From Candidatus Latescibacterota bacterium (GTDB taxonomy: Bacteria; Latescibacterota; UBA2968; UBA8231), in contig OZ242318.1 in NCBI GenBank assembly GCA_965208105.1, positions 960,001 to 1,024,000 of the forward strand: a stretch of 64,000 nt of DNA, given 5' to 3'. Numbering within the stretch: the stretch's first letter is position 1; each line of letters opens with the position of its first letter. Shown here piece by piece: positions 43,698-53,823 of the stretch. The notes below the pieces were generated by a model, which was given only the letters and a program-made list of their open reading frames with translations, was not told the origin of the DNA and searched no databases. The translations under genes and the position numbers were made by a program.

Positions 43698-43815
43698 GGG
43701 AAACGCTTGAACCGCTCATCGGCCGCCCGGTAAGGCTTCATTTCAAGCTGCGGGCATGCAGGCTGTATGCGTTTCAGTTCATGGACCAGGCCGTGGTCGT
43801 GAGAAGGGGGTGAGA

Positions 43816-44424
43816 ATGGAGAGATTGCTGGTGGCGCGGCATGGGGAGAGAGAAGACACAGATCCCGCCTGGCGAACTACGGCGGCAAGACCGTTTGATC
43901 CCGGCTTGACCGAGAAGGGCCGATCGCAGGCAATGCGATTGGCGCAACGATTGGCAGCGGACAAGATCACTCGGATCTACTCGTCACCCTTCCTCAGAGC
44001 GATGGAAACAGCAGACTGCATAGCCGAAGTGACGAAGTCGCTGATCAGGGCGGAGTCCGGCCTCGGCGAGATGCTGAACCCCGACTGGTTTCCGTCGGCT
44101 CCGGAGATACTTCCCCTTGCCGAGTTGCAGGAACGCTTCCCACGGATCGATCGAACTTACGATTCGACGGTGGAGCCGGTGTTTCCAGAGAATTGGCAGG
44201 ACGTGAACGCGCGGACAAACAAAGTCGTCGAGCGCCTGGTGGGCGAAGAACGAGGAAATGTCGTGATCATAGGGCATGGCGCCACGGTGCTTGCTTTCGT
44301 CACCTGTCTCACCGGAAATGAATATGACGCAGTCGTGGAGTTGGCCAGCCTGACCGAGCTGGCATGGGACGGAAAGGAGTGGCTGCTGACCCGAGAGGGC
44401 GACAGTTCACATTTGGATGAATGA
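43816..44424 (+). CDS. Histidine phosphatase family protein
   Basis: VARHGE, LTEKGRSQA, IYSSPFLRAMETA, IIGHG. Confidence 0.9.
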   Translation: MERLLVARHGEREDTDPAWRTTAARPFDPGLTEKGRSQAMRLAQRLAADKITRIYSSPFLRAMETADCIAEVTKSLIRAESGLGEMLNPDWFPSAPEILPLAELQERFPRIDRTYDSTVEPVFPENWQDVNARTNKVVERLVGEERGNVVIIGHGATVLAFVTCLTGNEYDAVVELASLTELAWDGKEWLLTREGDSSHLDE

Positions 44425-45625
44425 CCGTTTTTTTGCCTCACAGGGATCGATGGACGACCGTCTGAACGCCTTCTGCAAGGATACGCAGGCATACCTGACG
44501 GGTGCTGAGGCCGGACCGCTGTCCGGTCTCAGCTTCGCCGCGAAGGACATCTTCGACGTGGCCGGGGAGGTCACCGGGGGCGGCAATCCGGACTGGAAGG
44601 CGACCCATGGGAAAGCTGATAGTACGTCGTGGGTAGTTCAGGTTCTGGTCGACGCTGGCGCGACCATGGTGGGAAAGACCCACACTGACGAACTCACTAG
44701 GGGACTCTTCGGGGAGAATGCCCACTACGGCACACCCGTGAACCCGGCGGCTCCCGGGCGGGTCCCGGGGGGCTCGTCCAGTGGTTCGGCAGCGGCGGTA
44801 GCCGGCGAGATGGTGGACTTCGCCCTGGGCTCGGATACCGGAGGCTCGGTGCGCGTACCAGCCAGCTTTTGCGGTATATTCGGCATACGACCCACCCATG
44901 GGCGCGTGCCCATAGATGGCATGTTGCGGAGCGCCCCCGACTTCGACACGGTGGGCTGGTTCGCACGCGACGCTGCGCTGCTTGCACGCGTCGGCGAGAT
45001 TCTGCTGCAAAGCCGGGTAACAACGGCCCGTCCCGACTTGGTTTTGATTGCGGAGGATGGGTTCGAGACCGCCGACGCAGAGGTGGTTGCCGCGTTGCGG
45101 CCCGTGGCGGAGAAGGTGGCGGCCATGGCCGCGGATACGAAGGGGTTGCAACTGTCCGATGCGGGTCTCGGTGCGTGGACGCGGCAGCAATCGGTACTTG
45201 CCGGGCGACAGTCCCTGGCGTCAGCGCAGGAGTGGATCGAGCGGGTGGATCCGCGCTTCGGTTTCGAGGTCGCCCGGCGTTTCACCGACGCCCTTGCCAT
45301 CTCCGACGCCGACGTCGAGCAAGCCCGGACCGAACGCGAAGCAATCGTACAGCGAATGGCAGAGGTGCTCGAAGACGGCGCCGTCGTTTGCTTGCCAACC
45401 ACTCCGATGCCGGCCCCTCCCGTCGGCCTCCCCGTACCTGAGCGCTACGCCAACAGAGCGCGCATCCTCGCTCTCACCTGCATCGCCGGTACCATCGGAT
45501 CGCCGCAGATCAGCCTGCCGCTTACCGCGGTCGAAGGGCTTCCCGTCGGGCTCTCACTGATCGGCGCGCCCGGCACGGACGAGCTGCTCCTCGGCTTCGC
45601 CCGGGAGATCGCTTCAGCACTTTAG
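44417..45625 (+). CDS. Amidase signature family enzyme
   Basis: FAAKDIFD (Lys), GKTHTDEL, PGGSSSGSAAAVA, LGSDTGGSVRVPASFCG. Start may be 44450. Confidence 0.92.
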   Translation: MNDRFFASQGSMDDRLNAFCKDTQAYLTGAEAGPLSGLSFAAKDIFDVAGEVTGGGNPDWKATHGKADSTSWVVQVLVDAGATMVGKTHTDELTRGLFGENAHYGTPVNPAAPGRVPGGSSSGSAAAVAGEMVDFALGSDTGGSVRVPASFCGIFGIRPTHGRVPIDGMLRSAPDFDTVGWFARDAALLARVGEILLQSRVTTARPDLVLIAEDGFETADAEVVAALRPVAEKVAAMAADTKGLQLSDAGLGAWTRQQSVLAGRQSLASAQEWIERVDPRFGFEVARRFTDALAISDADVEQARTEREAIVQRMAEVLEDGAVVCLPTTPMPAPPVGLPVPERYANRARILALTCIAGTIGSPQISLPLTAVEGLPVGLSLIGAPGTDELLLGFAREIASAL

Positions 45626-45665
45626 CACTTTGGCTCTCGTTCAGGTATGGGGAGACGAAGGACGA

Positions 45666-48600
45666 ATGCCACGACTGAGTTTGTTATCGACCCTTCTCGC
45701 CGGGGTGATGTTGGCCACTCCAATCATCGAAGCAGAATCGTTGGAGCCTGTGAAGCTCACCGTCAGCGATGAAAGCGGGGTCGCGCGAATACGGGAAGCG
45801 GTGTGTTCCGGGGTCCCGTTCGCGCAGGCAGCCCTGCAGACCAATCAGCCGATGCATGTCCGCGGTCCCGCCGGAGCCATCCCGACGCAGACCATGGTAT
45901 TGGGCACCTGGCCCGACGGTTCGGTGAAATGGCTGCTGGTTCAGTTTCTCGCCGACTGTCCGGCCAACGCGGATTGCGTCTACGACCTCGTTCCCGGTGA
46001 TTCCCCGCTGTCGAAACCCCGGCTGCGGACGGAAAATCGACCTGACGCGATAGTCGTCGACACCGGTCCACTGCGCGTGGAGATGCCGAAGAACAGCCTG
46101 GCCCTGTTTCGATCGGTGCAGCTGCGAGGTGCGACGGAATCAGTCCGGGTTCTCGACGATGTCTCGCCCATGCGGTTCGCGCTGTCGGACGGCAGCGTTC
46201 ACACCTCGTCGGGTGTGGAGCCGGAAATTGTAGAGTTGGAAGAAACGGGGCCGATCAGAGCCACCGTTCGGCAAGTCGGCTGGCTGCAGGATGCAGCCGG
46301 CAACCGCTCTTACAAGGTAGACACGCGGCTGCGCTTCTACGACGGGCAGGCGTACGTCAAAGCGGAACAAACCTTCATCTGCCTGGGTCAGCCCGAGCTG
46401 CATCAAATCAGCGAGATCGCCGTCGGCTTCACCCCCGATCTGGGTGCAGAGCAGCAGTTTATGCTTCCGGCAGATGCGGGGACGATCGAAGGGGAGCTCG
46501 CCAACGGCCATTCGGCCATACTCGCGGCGGACGCCGACATGGTCTGCAAATCGGGTCCGTCGTCGGCGCCACGAGAAGCCGGAAACAAGCTGGATGGTTG
46601 GGCGGTGCTTCGAGGAGACCGCGGCGCCTTCGGGGTGGCGATCCGGGACTTCTGGCATCTGGCGCCCAAATCGATCGAGTTGGCCGCCGGGAAACTGAAG
46701 CTCGCCCTCTGGAGCGGCCACAATGGTGACCTGCTCAAGCTCGGCCGCACCCGCGCAAAGACCCACCACATCCTGTACGCCTTTGGTGCTACGGACGACC
46801 GAATCGCCCAACGCCTTGCAGCCTTCCAGCAACCCCTGATCGCCACCGTCGAGCCGGAGTACTTCTGTCGCACCGAGGTCTTCGGTCCCCTGTCCCCCGC
46901 CGGCGCACCGGAAACGGTCGAATACGACCGCAAGATGCGCGGTCAGTTCGAAACCCTCCGCGACCAGCGCGAGACCATGCCGATAGAAAACGGCATGTTG
47001 CACTACGGCGACTATTACCACGGAGGGTACGGAAACAAGCTGACCCGCGGCGACCTGGAATACGACACCGGTCACGGTTGTTTCCTCCTCTATGCGCGCA
47101 GCGGCCAGCGCGACTACTACGATTTCGCCGTCGCCTGCAACCAGCACTTCATCGACATCGACCTCAACCACGAAACCGGCGAGCAGCGCTACCACGGCTA
47201 CGGTGCGGGGGCGGAAACCCACGAATTGGTGACCACCGGCCACGAGTGGGGCCACGTCTTTGTTGATTGCGCCGCGGACGCCTACTACCTCACCGGCGAC
47301 GAACGCAGTCTCGAGGCGGTGCGCATGATCGCGGATCGGGTCGCCGTCATCGCCGAGGGGGACAGTCACGAGAGGATTCGGAACATCTTCGCCGGCGCAG
47401 AACGGCAGCTGGGCTGGCCGCTCATGGTATTGTGCCGCGCCTACAAGGTAACCGGCGAGGCGAAATACCTCGCAGCGGCCGAGGAGATTGTGGACTATAT
47501 CAAGATCTACGCCCGCGATCCACTGGCCGCGTACCGGGAGGGGAAGTGGTGGCGGTCCTGGATGATGGATGGATGCAAACTGTTCATGACCGGTCAGCTG
47601 CACGATGGCCTGAGCGCCTATTACGCCATCACCCGCGACGAGGAACTGCGCGAGGTGATCACCATCGGTCTGGACTGGCTGATCGACCACATGTGGAATC
47701 CCGAGATCGACGGGTTTGTCTACGAGTTCAACGCGTTCAACCGAAGGAACCGTCTTGCCGGCATCACTTCTCTCAACCTTCTCGGAGTCGATGCCTTTCG
47801 CTTCGGTTACGAAATGACAGGTGACCGTCGTTATCTGTCCGTCGCCACGCGTGCGTTCTGGGCCCGGGTGCAGGAGATGACCGCCGAAACCGACGGCAAG
47901 GCCTTTTCGATGAACGCGCGCAGCTCGCCACACACGGCGGCTTACTTCCATCGCGAAGGCATCACACCGGACGAGCTGCCACCGACTCCCGAACCAGTCA
48001 GACAGACGGCAGCAGCCCCGCCCTCGGAGCCACGGGATGAAATCCTGCTGCAGGCTGTCTTCGATGGCGACCTGCAGTGTGTCACGCCCCATGGAACCCT
48101 TTTGGGACAGCGCGTGGGTCGTTTGGAGTTCGTTCAGGGACGCAAAGCGGGGCATGGCGCCGTCGCCCTCGGCGAGGGTGGCTACGCACGACTGCCGGCA
48201 CCGCCCGAGATGCTTCGCGGACCTGGCTCGGTCGAGTTGTGGATGCGACCCAACTTCAAGCTGGACCCCGAGAGACCCGATCAACGATCGGTGTTCCACG
48301 TGGAGGGCGCGACGCCGCTGGTGAGTTCACTGTCGCTGTCTACCCTCTTCGGGGAACTGCGCGCGCGTTTGAAGGATGATGTCGGCCAACTCCACGGAAC
48401 CGCGGAAGGAGACATCGCCGGATGGGACGCCGGGGAATGGCACCACGTCGTCGTCACCTGGGACGCAGACAGAGTGTTGCTTTACCTGGACGCCATCGAG
48501 CAGACTCGCGACGACGAAGGGAGCCGCTTCGGCGACGGGGTGATCGCGTTGCCGACGGGCGAGCAGACCCGGATCAATCTGGGATGGCGATACGGCAACT

Positions 48601-48689
48601 GGTACTGCAATGCCGCCATTGACGATTTCACCGTCTACGGTCGGACATTGTCTGCTGAAGAGATCGCCGAGCGCTACGCCGGCGGCTGA
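45666..48689 (+). CDS. Large secreted protein: PcRGLX/YetA(PL26)-like beta domains, (alpha/alpha)6 barrel and C-terminal LamG domain
   Basis: Signal peptide. SGVPFAQ...WPDGSVKWL, EETGPIRATV, IRDFWHLAPK, GMLHYGD, HFIDID, AYYLTGD. C-terminal WHHVVVTWD...LYLD...IDDFTVYGRTLS. Confidence 0.7.
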   Translation: MPRLSLLSTLLAGVMLATPIIEAESLEPVKLTVSDESGVARIREAVCSGVPFAQAALQTNQPMHVRGPAGAIPTQTMVLGTWPDGSVKWLLVQFLADCPANADCVYDLVPGDSPLSKPRLRTENRPDAIVVDTGPLRVEMPKNSLALFRSVQLRGATESVRVLDDVSPMRFALSDGSVHTSSGVEPEIVELEETGPIRATVRQVGWLQDAAGNRSYKVDTRLRFYDGQAYVKAEQTFICLGQPELHQISEIAVGFTPDLGAEQQFMLPADAGTIEGELANGHSAILAADADMVCKSGPSSAPREAGNKLDGWAVLRGDRGAFGVAIRDFWHLAPKSIELAAGKLKLALWSGHNGDLLKLGRTRAKTHHILYAFGATDDRIAQRLAAFQQPLIATVEPEYFCRTEVFGPLSPAGAPETVEYDRKMRGQFETLRDQRETMPIENGMLHYGDYYHGGYGNKLTRGDLEYDTGHGCFLLYARSGQRDYYDFAVACNQHFIDIDLNHETGEQRYHGYGAGAETHELVTTGHEWGHVFVDCAADAYYLTGDERSLEAVRMIADRVAVIAEGDSHERIRNIFAGAERQLGWPLMVLCRAYKVTGEAKYLAAAEEIVDYIKIYARDPLAAYREGKWWRSWMMDGCKLFMTGQLHDGLSAYYAITRDEELREVITIGLDWLIDHMWNPEIDGFVYEFNAFNRRNRLAGITSLNLLGVDAFRFGYEMTGDRRYLSVATRAFWARVQEMTAETDGKAFSMNARSSPHTAAYFHREGITPDELPPTPEPVRQTAAAPPSEPRDEILLQAVFDGDLQCVTPHGTLLGQRVGRLEFVQGRKAGHGAVALGEGGYARLPAPPEMLRGPGSVELWMRPNFKLDPERPDQRSVFHVEGATPLVSSLSLSTLFGELRARLKDDVGQLHGTAEGDIAGWDAGEWHHVVVTWDADRVLLYLDAIEQTRDDEGSRFGDGVIALPTGEQTRINLGWRYGNWYCNAAIDDFTVYGRTLSAEEIAERYAGG

Positions 48690-48696
48690 TTCTAAT

Positions 48697-48786
48697 ATTT
48701 CGCATACCCAACGAGCCGGAAAGATGAGAATTATCAGTGCACGTTTAATGACGCGCCAGGAAAGGATGATCTATGAAGAAGGCTGA
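48697..48786 (+). pseudogene. BrnT toxin C-terminal relic
   Basis: ISHTQRAGKMRIISARLMTRQERMIYEEG* contains the BrnT RIISAR motif. The 5' part is missing and the 3' end overlaps the antitoxin start. Confidence 0.75.
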
Positions 48787-49000
48787 TCCAGACCATCTGC
48801 GTCCAGAATATCGGCATGGAGATCTCGGTTCTGGTGTCCGGGGTAAGTATTTGGAATCCTATCGGTCAGGGACAAATTTGGTTCTACTCCATCCAGACGT
48901 TGCGAAAGCCTTTCCCACGGACGAGGCCGTAAACGATGCCCTTCGATCGTTTATGGACGGAGCCGAAGGATCGATGGACACTACCAGGAGTACCGGTTGA
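48773..49000 (+). CDS. BrnA-like antitoxin
   Basis: LRPEY...GVRGKY...GTNLVLLHPDVAKAFPTDEAVNDALR, directly downstream of the BrnT relic. Confidence 0.75.
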   Translation: MKKADPDHLRPEYRHGDLGSGVRGKYLESYRSGTNLVLLHPDVAKAFPTDEAVNDALRSFMDGAEGSMDTTRSTG

Positions 49001-49009
49001 CATACGCAG

Positions 49010-49215
49010 GCTGTATCTTCCGCTCTTCATGTAACACCATCATTCGGCCAGACGCTTCCCCAGGTTGACATCGCCTTTGTATTCGAGTAGCTGGTAGATT
49101 TCAGCTTGGCCTTTCCTGTGCGAACGTTCCACCTTTCCATTGAGCCGGGGTGAGCTCGACTTGCTGTAGACGTGTTCGATCCCCAGGTCCTTCAGGTGCC
49201 AGTGAAACCGGGCGT
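49010..49215 (-). mobile_element. IS481-family transposase integrase-core relic
   Basis: RFHWHLKDLGIEHVYSKSSSPRLNGKVERSHR...YQLLEY...RLAE*W contains the NGKVER motif and a premature stop. Confidence 0.8.
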
Positions 49216-49249
49216 GGACCTGATCGACTACCATTGGGAGGAATGAGCT

Positions 49250-49540
49250 ATGCCGATGAAGAACCTCCCCCATCCAGGGCTTTCGGTGCGGCACGATTGC
49301 CTGGAGCCTTTGGGGCTGAACGTCACGGAAGCAGCCAAGCGCTTGAGCGTCAGCCGCAAGCAGCTTTCCGACATCGTGAACTGTAAGGCGGGCATCTCGC
49401 CTGAGATGGCAATCCGGCTCGACAAGGCCTTCGGGGGCGGCGCCGAGACGTGGCTGCGGCTCCAGGCTGCCTACGACCTGACGCAAGCGATGAAGCATGC
49501 CGATAAAATCAAGGTCGAGCGGCTGTCACCAGTGGCCTGA
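49250..49540 (+). CDS. higA: HigA antitoxin (Xre HTH)
   Basis: MKNLPHPG...[62 protein letters not shown] HigB-like tail VDLIDYH lies at 49214-49234. Confidence 0.9.
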   Translation: MPMKNLPHPGLSVRHDCLEPLGLNVTEAAKRLSVSRKQLSDIVNCKAGISPEMAIRLDKAFGGGAETWLRLQAAYDLTQAMKHADKIKVERLSPVA

Positions 49541-49649
49541 TACGGTGAAGCGTGCTTAACGGACGACAGGGCGCGTCATGGCTGTTGACTCCACGGGCCG
49601 ATAGCTCTTCATCGTCGACAACAGTGTCTCCGGCTGGACCGGGCCCTGG

Positions 49650-49976
49650 TCACCTGGGCGGCAACGAGGAGATGAACTCGACCGCTTTGGCCACCCATCC
49701 CTTCAGCTGCGCTTGATCGCCGTGGATGGGTTCGGTCAAGTAGACCATGCTCTTGATCGGTTTGCCGGTGAAGTCCATCTCCTCGACGTGAGGTTCCGCT
49801 AACGCCCGGGCCGCACCCTCCTTTCCCAGGCGCAACATGACCCTGTCATCGCTCACGCCACAGCACATGTGGCCGTTCAACATGAAGGCGATGCCGCCGA
49901 ACATCTTCTTCTCCTCGGTGTTTTCGTTGCCCAGCGCCTTGCGCAGGCGAACGGCAATCTTTTCATCGTAGGCCAT
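49650..49976 (-). CDS. TfoX/Sxy N-terminal domain protein
   Basis: MAYDE, EKKMFGGIAFMLNGHMCCGV, MDFTGKP, FISSLPP. Confidence 0.88.
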   Translation of the reverse strand: MAYDEKIAVRLRKALGNENTEEKKMFGGIAFMLNGHMCCGVSDDRVMLRLGKEGAARALAEPHVEEMDFTGKPIKSMVYLTEPIHGDQAQLKGWVAKAVEFISSLPPR

Positions 49977-50139
49977 GCGCTCCCTCCACTTTAGCCCTCG
50001 TTCCCATTGCTTATATTCTGTCTCGAATCACTTGAAAAATAGAGGTGCCGCGGCCGGTCATCAAACTCCGGAGGTAATAGTCATGTTCGTTTCCGTCGCC
50101 CCGAGGTCCCTGCCCCTGGTAATTTACCCGCCCAAGAGG

Positions 50140-50838
50140 ATGTCGGTGCTGCAGATATCCGTGGATGAATTTTCGTCGCAGGTCTTTCGTCTCTGGATGT
50201 CGGAGGGCGCAAGCGCCAGGGACCTAAATATCTACAATCAGGCCCAGGTCGGACCCCAGGAATGGATTTCCGAGGAGAACGGAACGGTGCTGCGCTCCCG
50301 CCAGGTAGACGGGGAGATTCTCAGGCTGGACGCGGTTGTCGAGGTAAGAGCCGATCATCTCCAACTGCGCTACGATCTGGTCAATACCGGTGCCCAACCC
50401 CTGGAGAAGATAAAGGTCGGGACCTGCTACCAGCTGGCGGAAGCGAACAGATTCCGCGATCAGGCAGGCGATCGAACCTATGCATGGGTGGGCGGGAAAC
50501 TCAAGAATATCGCCGCCGACGGAATTCCGGCGGAGTGCCACGACCATCACGACCCTGACAAGTCATCGTTCCTGAAGATGCCCGATCAAGACACCGGTGC
50601 CGCCGTGATTGCCGTCGAGGCCACCAGCGGCGGCGCTACGGCAATGGCCTGGGAGACCCACGACTTTTACACCGGGAACACCGACCCCGCTCTGAACTGC
50701 ATCCACGGCGGGCCGGTGGCGGAACGTCTCGATCCGGGTGAGAAGCGCTCGCTCAACGGCTGGCTGGGATGGTCGACGGATCCGGTCGCCCAGCTGTGCG
50801 AGCGCGGGCTGGCGGCCGTGAAAGCGGCGAGCGCGTGA
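50140..50838 (+). CDS. Hypothetical protein (beta-rich)
   Basis: Open frame with GC3-biased codons and AAGAGG RBS before the ATG at 50140. No recognised motif. Confidence 0.6.
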   Translation: MSVLQISVDEFSSQVFRLWMSEGASARDLNIYNQAQVGPQEWISEENGTVLRSRQVDGEILRLDAVVEVRADHLQLRYDLVNTGAQPLEKIKVGTCYQLAEANRFRDQAGDRTYAWVGGKLKNIAADGIPAECHDHHDPDKSSFLKMPDQDTGAAVIAVEATSGGATAMAWETHDFYTGNTDPALNCIHGGPVAERLDPGEKRSLNGWLGWSTDPVAQLCERGLAAVKAASA

Positions 50839-51053
50839 GCAGCATCCAGGCCGGGGGTCCCGAGGTCCTCCTCAACCCAACCTATACGGCGCGTCCAAAG
50901 CTGCCGCGGCACGGGCCCACGGAAGTTCCCTGGCATCAGGACGCTACCCAGTCGGCGCTGCGCCCCCGGAAGGGGTATCTCATCCGCTCCGGTGCCCACC
51001 CCGAGCGCATCGTCCGGGACGCCCAACACCGGGCGCGGCTGAAATTCCAGTGA
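50835..51053 (+). pseudogene. Internally deleted PhyH mini-gene
   Basis: GPEVLLNPTYTARPKLP..EVPWHQDA is joined directly to a C-terminal-like GYLIRS.AHPERIV. It overlaps both neighbours (GTGA). Confidence 0.65.
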
Positions 51054-53050
51054 AAAAAGCCGAATCTCCTCTGCATTCGCCGGCTGGCGCCAGCAGAGAG
51101 GAAGCCGGTGCCACGGCGCCTGTCATCACCCTGCGCGCCGTAGTTCTGGGCCTTCTGACCATCACCGCCATGTTCTACTACCTCACCCAGGTAGTGCACA
51201 GGATTGGTTCCGGCACCTTTGTCCACTCCCAGTTTCCCATGGCGGTCATCATCCCCTTTGTGTTCTGGCTTTTTCTGAACGTCGTGCTCAAGCGCTTGTG
51301 GCCCGGCATGGCGCTGCGCCAGGGCGAGCTGTTGACCGTCCTGGCGATGATGTGGGTCGTGGGCACCATACCGCAAAACGGGTGGATCAATTTCTGGGCG
51401 CCGATTCTAACGGCGCCGACCTATTTTGCCTCGGCGGAGAACCAGTGGGCCGATACCTTCTTCGATTACCTCCCGTGGAGCGTCTTTCCACCCACCGACA
51501 CCTTTCTGGTTCATGGATTCTGGTTCGGTCTGCCGCAGGGGGCGGCGGTGCCCTGGGACGGATGGGTGGGAGTCATCTTCCAGTGGCTGGGCGTATCGAT
51601 GGCCATGCTGGCTTTCGGATTCTGCACCATGGTCCTCTTTCAGAAGCAATGGGAGGAGAAGGAAAAGCTCACCTTTCCGCTGGCGCAGATGCCCCTCGAT
51701 TTGCTGCGCGGGTTCGATGGCCCCCGGCGCATGCCTGATCTCTTCCGCACGCGTTTGTTCTGGACCGGCGCCCTCGCGGCCTTTGTGCCCATCCTCTACA
51801 ATATCTTTACCTACTTCGCACCCGGTCTGCTGCCCCTGGAATTTTTGCAGAAGTATCGATACCTCGATCCAAGCATCCCCTTCATCGGCCATTGGAAGAT
51901 TCGCTTCATGCCCATCGTAATGGCGGTCACCTATCTGTGTCCGCTCGATATCCTGGGCAGCCTGGTGATTTTCAAACTGGTGAATTTGACCATCAAGGGG
52001 TCGATCATAAATCGCGTCGGATTTTCGGTTGGGGACCCGGGACAGCAAATCACTGGATCTGAAATCATCTTTCTGGAGAACTACGGGGCCCTGATCTTCA
52101 TCGCGATGTGGGCGATCTGGCTCGCCCGCAGACATCTGCGCGAGCTCTGGCGCCAGGCCAGTACCGGGGAGGGTGATCGCCGCGAGGTGCGGCGCTATCG
52201 CCTGGCCTGGGCCGGATTGATACTGTCGACGGGTTACGTGCTCGTCTGGGCGATGAGCCTGGGCATCAACCTGCCTGTCGCCGCCGGCGTGTTCGTGCTG
52301 ATGGTGTTGACCCTGCTGGCGACGACCAAGCTGATCGCGGCCACGGGTTTTGCCTACCTGCTTCCGTATCGCCCGCATCTGAAGGGCGACAGCTTCATGG
52401 AGGAGATTGTCGGAACCGCCAATATTCCGGCGCGCGACCTGACGGCGATGAAGATTTTTACCAGCAAGGCTTTCTTCGGCACCTTCCTCATCCCGGCATG
52501 GCCGGCGATCACGCACATCTTGCGCATGTTTTCGCTGAAGTGGCAGCCCGGGTGGGTGACGGCGGCGGTCTTCATCGCTTTTCCGGTGGGTTTCGTGGTG
52601 GCGGCGGTGACCTTGATCGAGCTGGCCTACACGGAGGGCGGGGCCATGCTCTACGTCTCGCACTACAGGATCAACCTGGTATACGATCAGATCTCTCATA
52701 TCCTGCACAATCCCACCGTGTTCGACTGGGGCAAGCTGGCCGTGTTTCTATTCGGCTGGACCGAGGCCGGCGTTCTGACCTTCTTGCGGGCTCGATTTCA
52801 CTGGTTTCCGCTGCATCCCGTGGGACTCGCTTTCGAGGGAACCTTTGGTCCCGATCTCTACTGGTTGACCCTGTCGGTTGTGTGGATAGCCAAGCTGGTG
52901 ATCTTGCGCTTCGGCGGGGTGAAGGCATATGTGGCGGGCAAACCGTTCTTCTACGGGGTGGGCATCGGCTACGTGGCCGCGGTTATCCTGTCGGCCACGG
53001 TGGATCTGATCTGGTTCCCGACAGAAGGTCATCGGGTGCACTGGTGGTAA
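51050..53050 (+). CDS. Polytopic membrane protein, DUF6785/DUF6784-like putative (oligopeptide-type) transporter
   Basis: Many TM helices. ITLRAVVLGL, LRQGELLTV, YFASAENQW, QWEEKEKLTFPLAQMP, RFHWFPLHPVG, KLVILRFGG...KPFFYG. Confidence 0.72.
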   Translation: MKKAESPLHSPAGASREEAGATAPVITLRAVVLGLLTITAMFYYLTQVVHRIGSGTFVHSQFPMAVIIPFVFWLFLNVVLKRLWPGMALRQGELLTVLAMMWVVGTIPQNGWINFWAPILTAPTYFASAENQWADTFFDYLPWSVFPPTDTFLVHGFWFGLPQGAAVPWDGWVGVIFQWLGVSMAMLAFGFCTMVLFQKQWEEKEKLTFPLAQMPLDLLRGFDGPRRMPDLFRTRLFWTGALAAFVPILYNIFTYFAPGLLPLEFLQKYRYLDPSIPFIGHWKIRFMPIVMAVTYLCPLDILGSLVIFKLVNLTIKGSIINRVGFSVGDPGQQITGSEIIFLENYGALIFIAMWAIWLARRHLRELWRQASTGEGDRREVRRYRLAWAGLILSTGYVLVWAMSLGINLPVAAGVFVLMVLTLLATTKLIAATGFAYLLPYRPHLKGDSFMEEIVGTANIPARDLTAMKIFTSKAFFGTFLIPAWPAITHILRMFSLKWQPGWVTAAVFIAFPVGFVVAAVTLIELAYTEGGAMLYVSHYRINLVYDQISHILHNPTVFDWGKLAVFLFGWTEAGVLTFLRARFHWFPLHPVGLAFEGTFGPDLYWLTLSVVWIAKLVILRFGGVKAYVAGKPFFYGVGIGYVAAVILSATVDLIWFPTEGHRVHWW

Positions 53051-53109
53051 GAGGATATGCGGTGTGGGATCGGAGAAGGAGCTGGTCCATGGGGCCGGCC
53101 TGGTCCTGC

Positions 53110-53805
53110 TTATTCGTGCGGCACGATGCGGCGGCGCAACTCTTCTATGGAGAAGCGATCGCCCTGCAGAAAGTCGAAGTACTCGGCCTCTTCCTCGCGC
53201 ACTCCCCGGGCCCGTGCGGGCAGGTCGGCGGCGATGGCCTGGGGGATGGAGACCAGGCCGCTCTCGTCCCCGTGCAAGATATCGCCCGGAGAGATGGTCA
53301 GGCCGCAGATCGACACCGTGGTGTTGAAGTCGATGTAGGCCGGGTAGCCGTGCGAGACCACCCAGCCGGTCGAGAATACGTGGAAGTCCGGGGTGCGCTC
53401 GCGGATGCCGGAACGGTCGCGGCCATTGGCGTCGGTGACCAGCCCGACGCAGTCCAGTTGCCGCAGGATGGTGCAGAACATATCGCCGAAGAGGCAGCAC
53501 CTTTTGCGCTCGTGGCCGACGTGCTGGATCGCGAGGATGCAGGGTTTAGGCGCGGCGAGGATCAGGTCCACCAGGTCGTCGACCCGCGAGGTCCTCCGGT
53601 CGCCGGGCGTGGTGGTGTCGGCCGTGGCGGTGATGGCGGAGCCGACCATGGGGTGGGGAATTTCAGGCATCTGGCAGACCAGCCGGTGATCTGCGTAGCC
53701 CGTGGTCGGATCGCGCACCTCGAAGTGCTCGACGGCGTTGGCGATGGTGGCGCTGTCGTAGTGCCGCAGCTCCTCGATGAGCCGGGGATCGGGTGTCTGT
53801 CCCAT
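53110..53805 (-). CDS. RraA/HMG-aldolase family protein
   Basis: DSATIANAVE, MVGSAITAT, FGDMF, VTDANGRD, GLTISPGDILHGDESGLVSIP. Confidence 0.85.
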   Translation of the reverse strand: MGQTPDPRLIEELRHYDSATIANAVEHFEVRDPTTGYADHRLVCQMPEIPHPMVGSAITATADTTTPGDRRTSRVDDLVDLILAAPKPCILAIQHVGHERKRCCLFGDMFCTILRQLDCVGLVTDANGRDRSGIRERTPDFHVFSTGWVVSHGYPAYIDFNTTVSICGLTISPGDILHGDESGLVSIPQAIAADLPARARGVREEEAEYFDFLQGDRFSIEELRRRIVPHE

Positions 53806-53823
53806 GAGGTGAAAACCTTTCGC

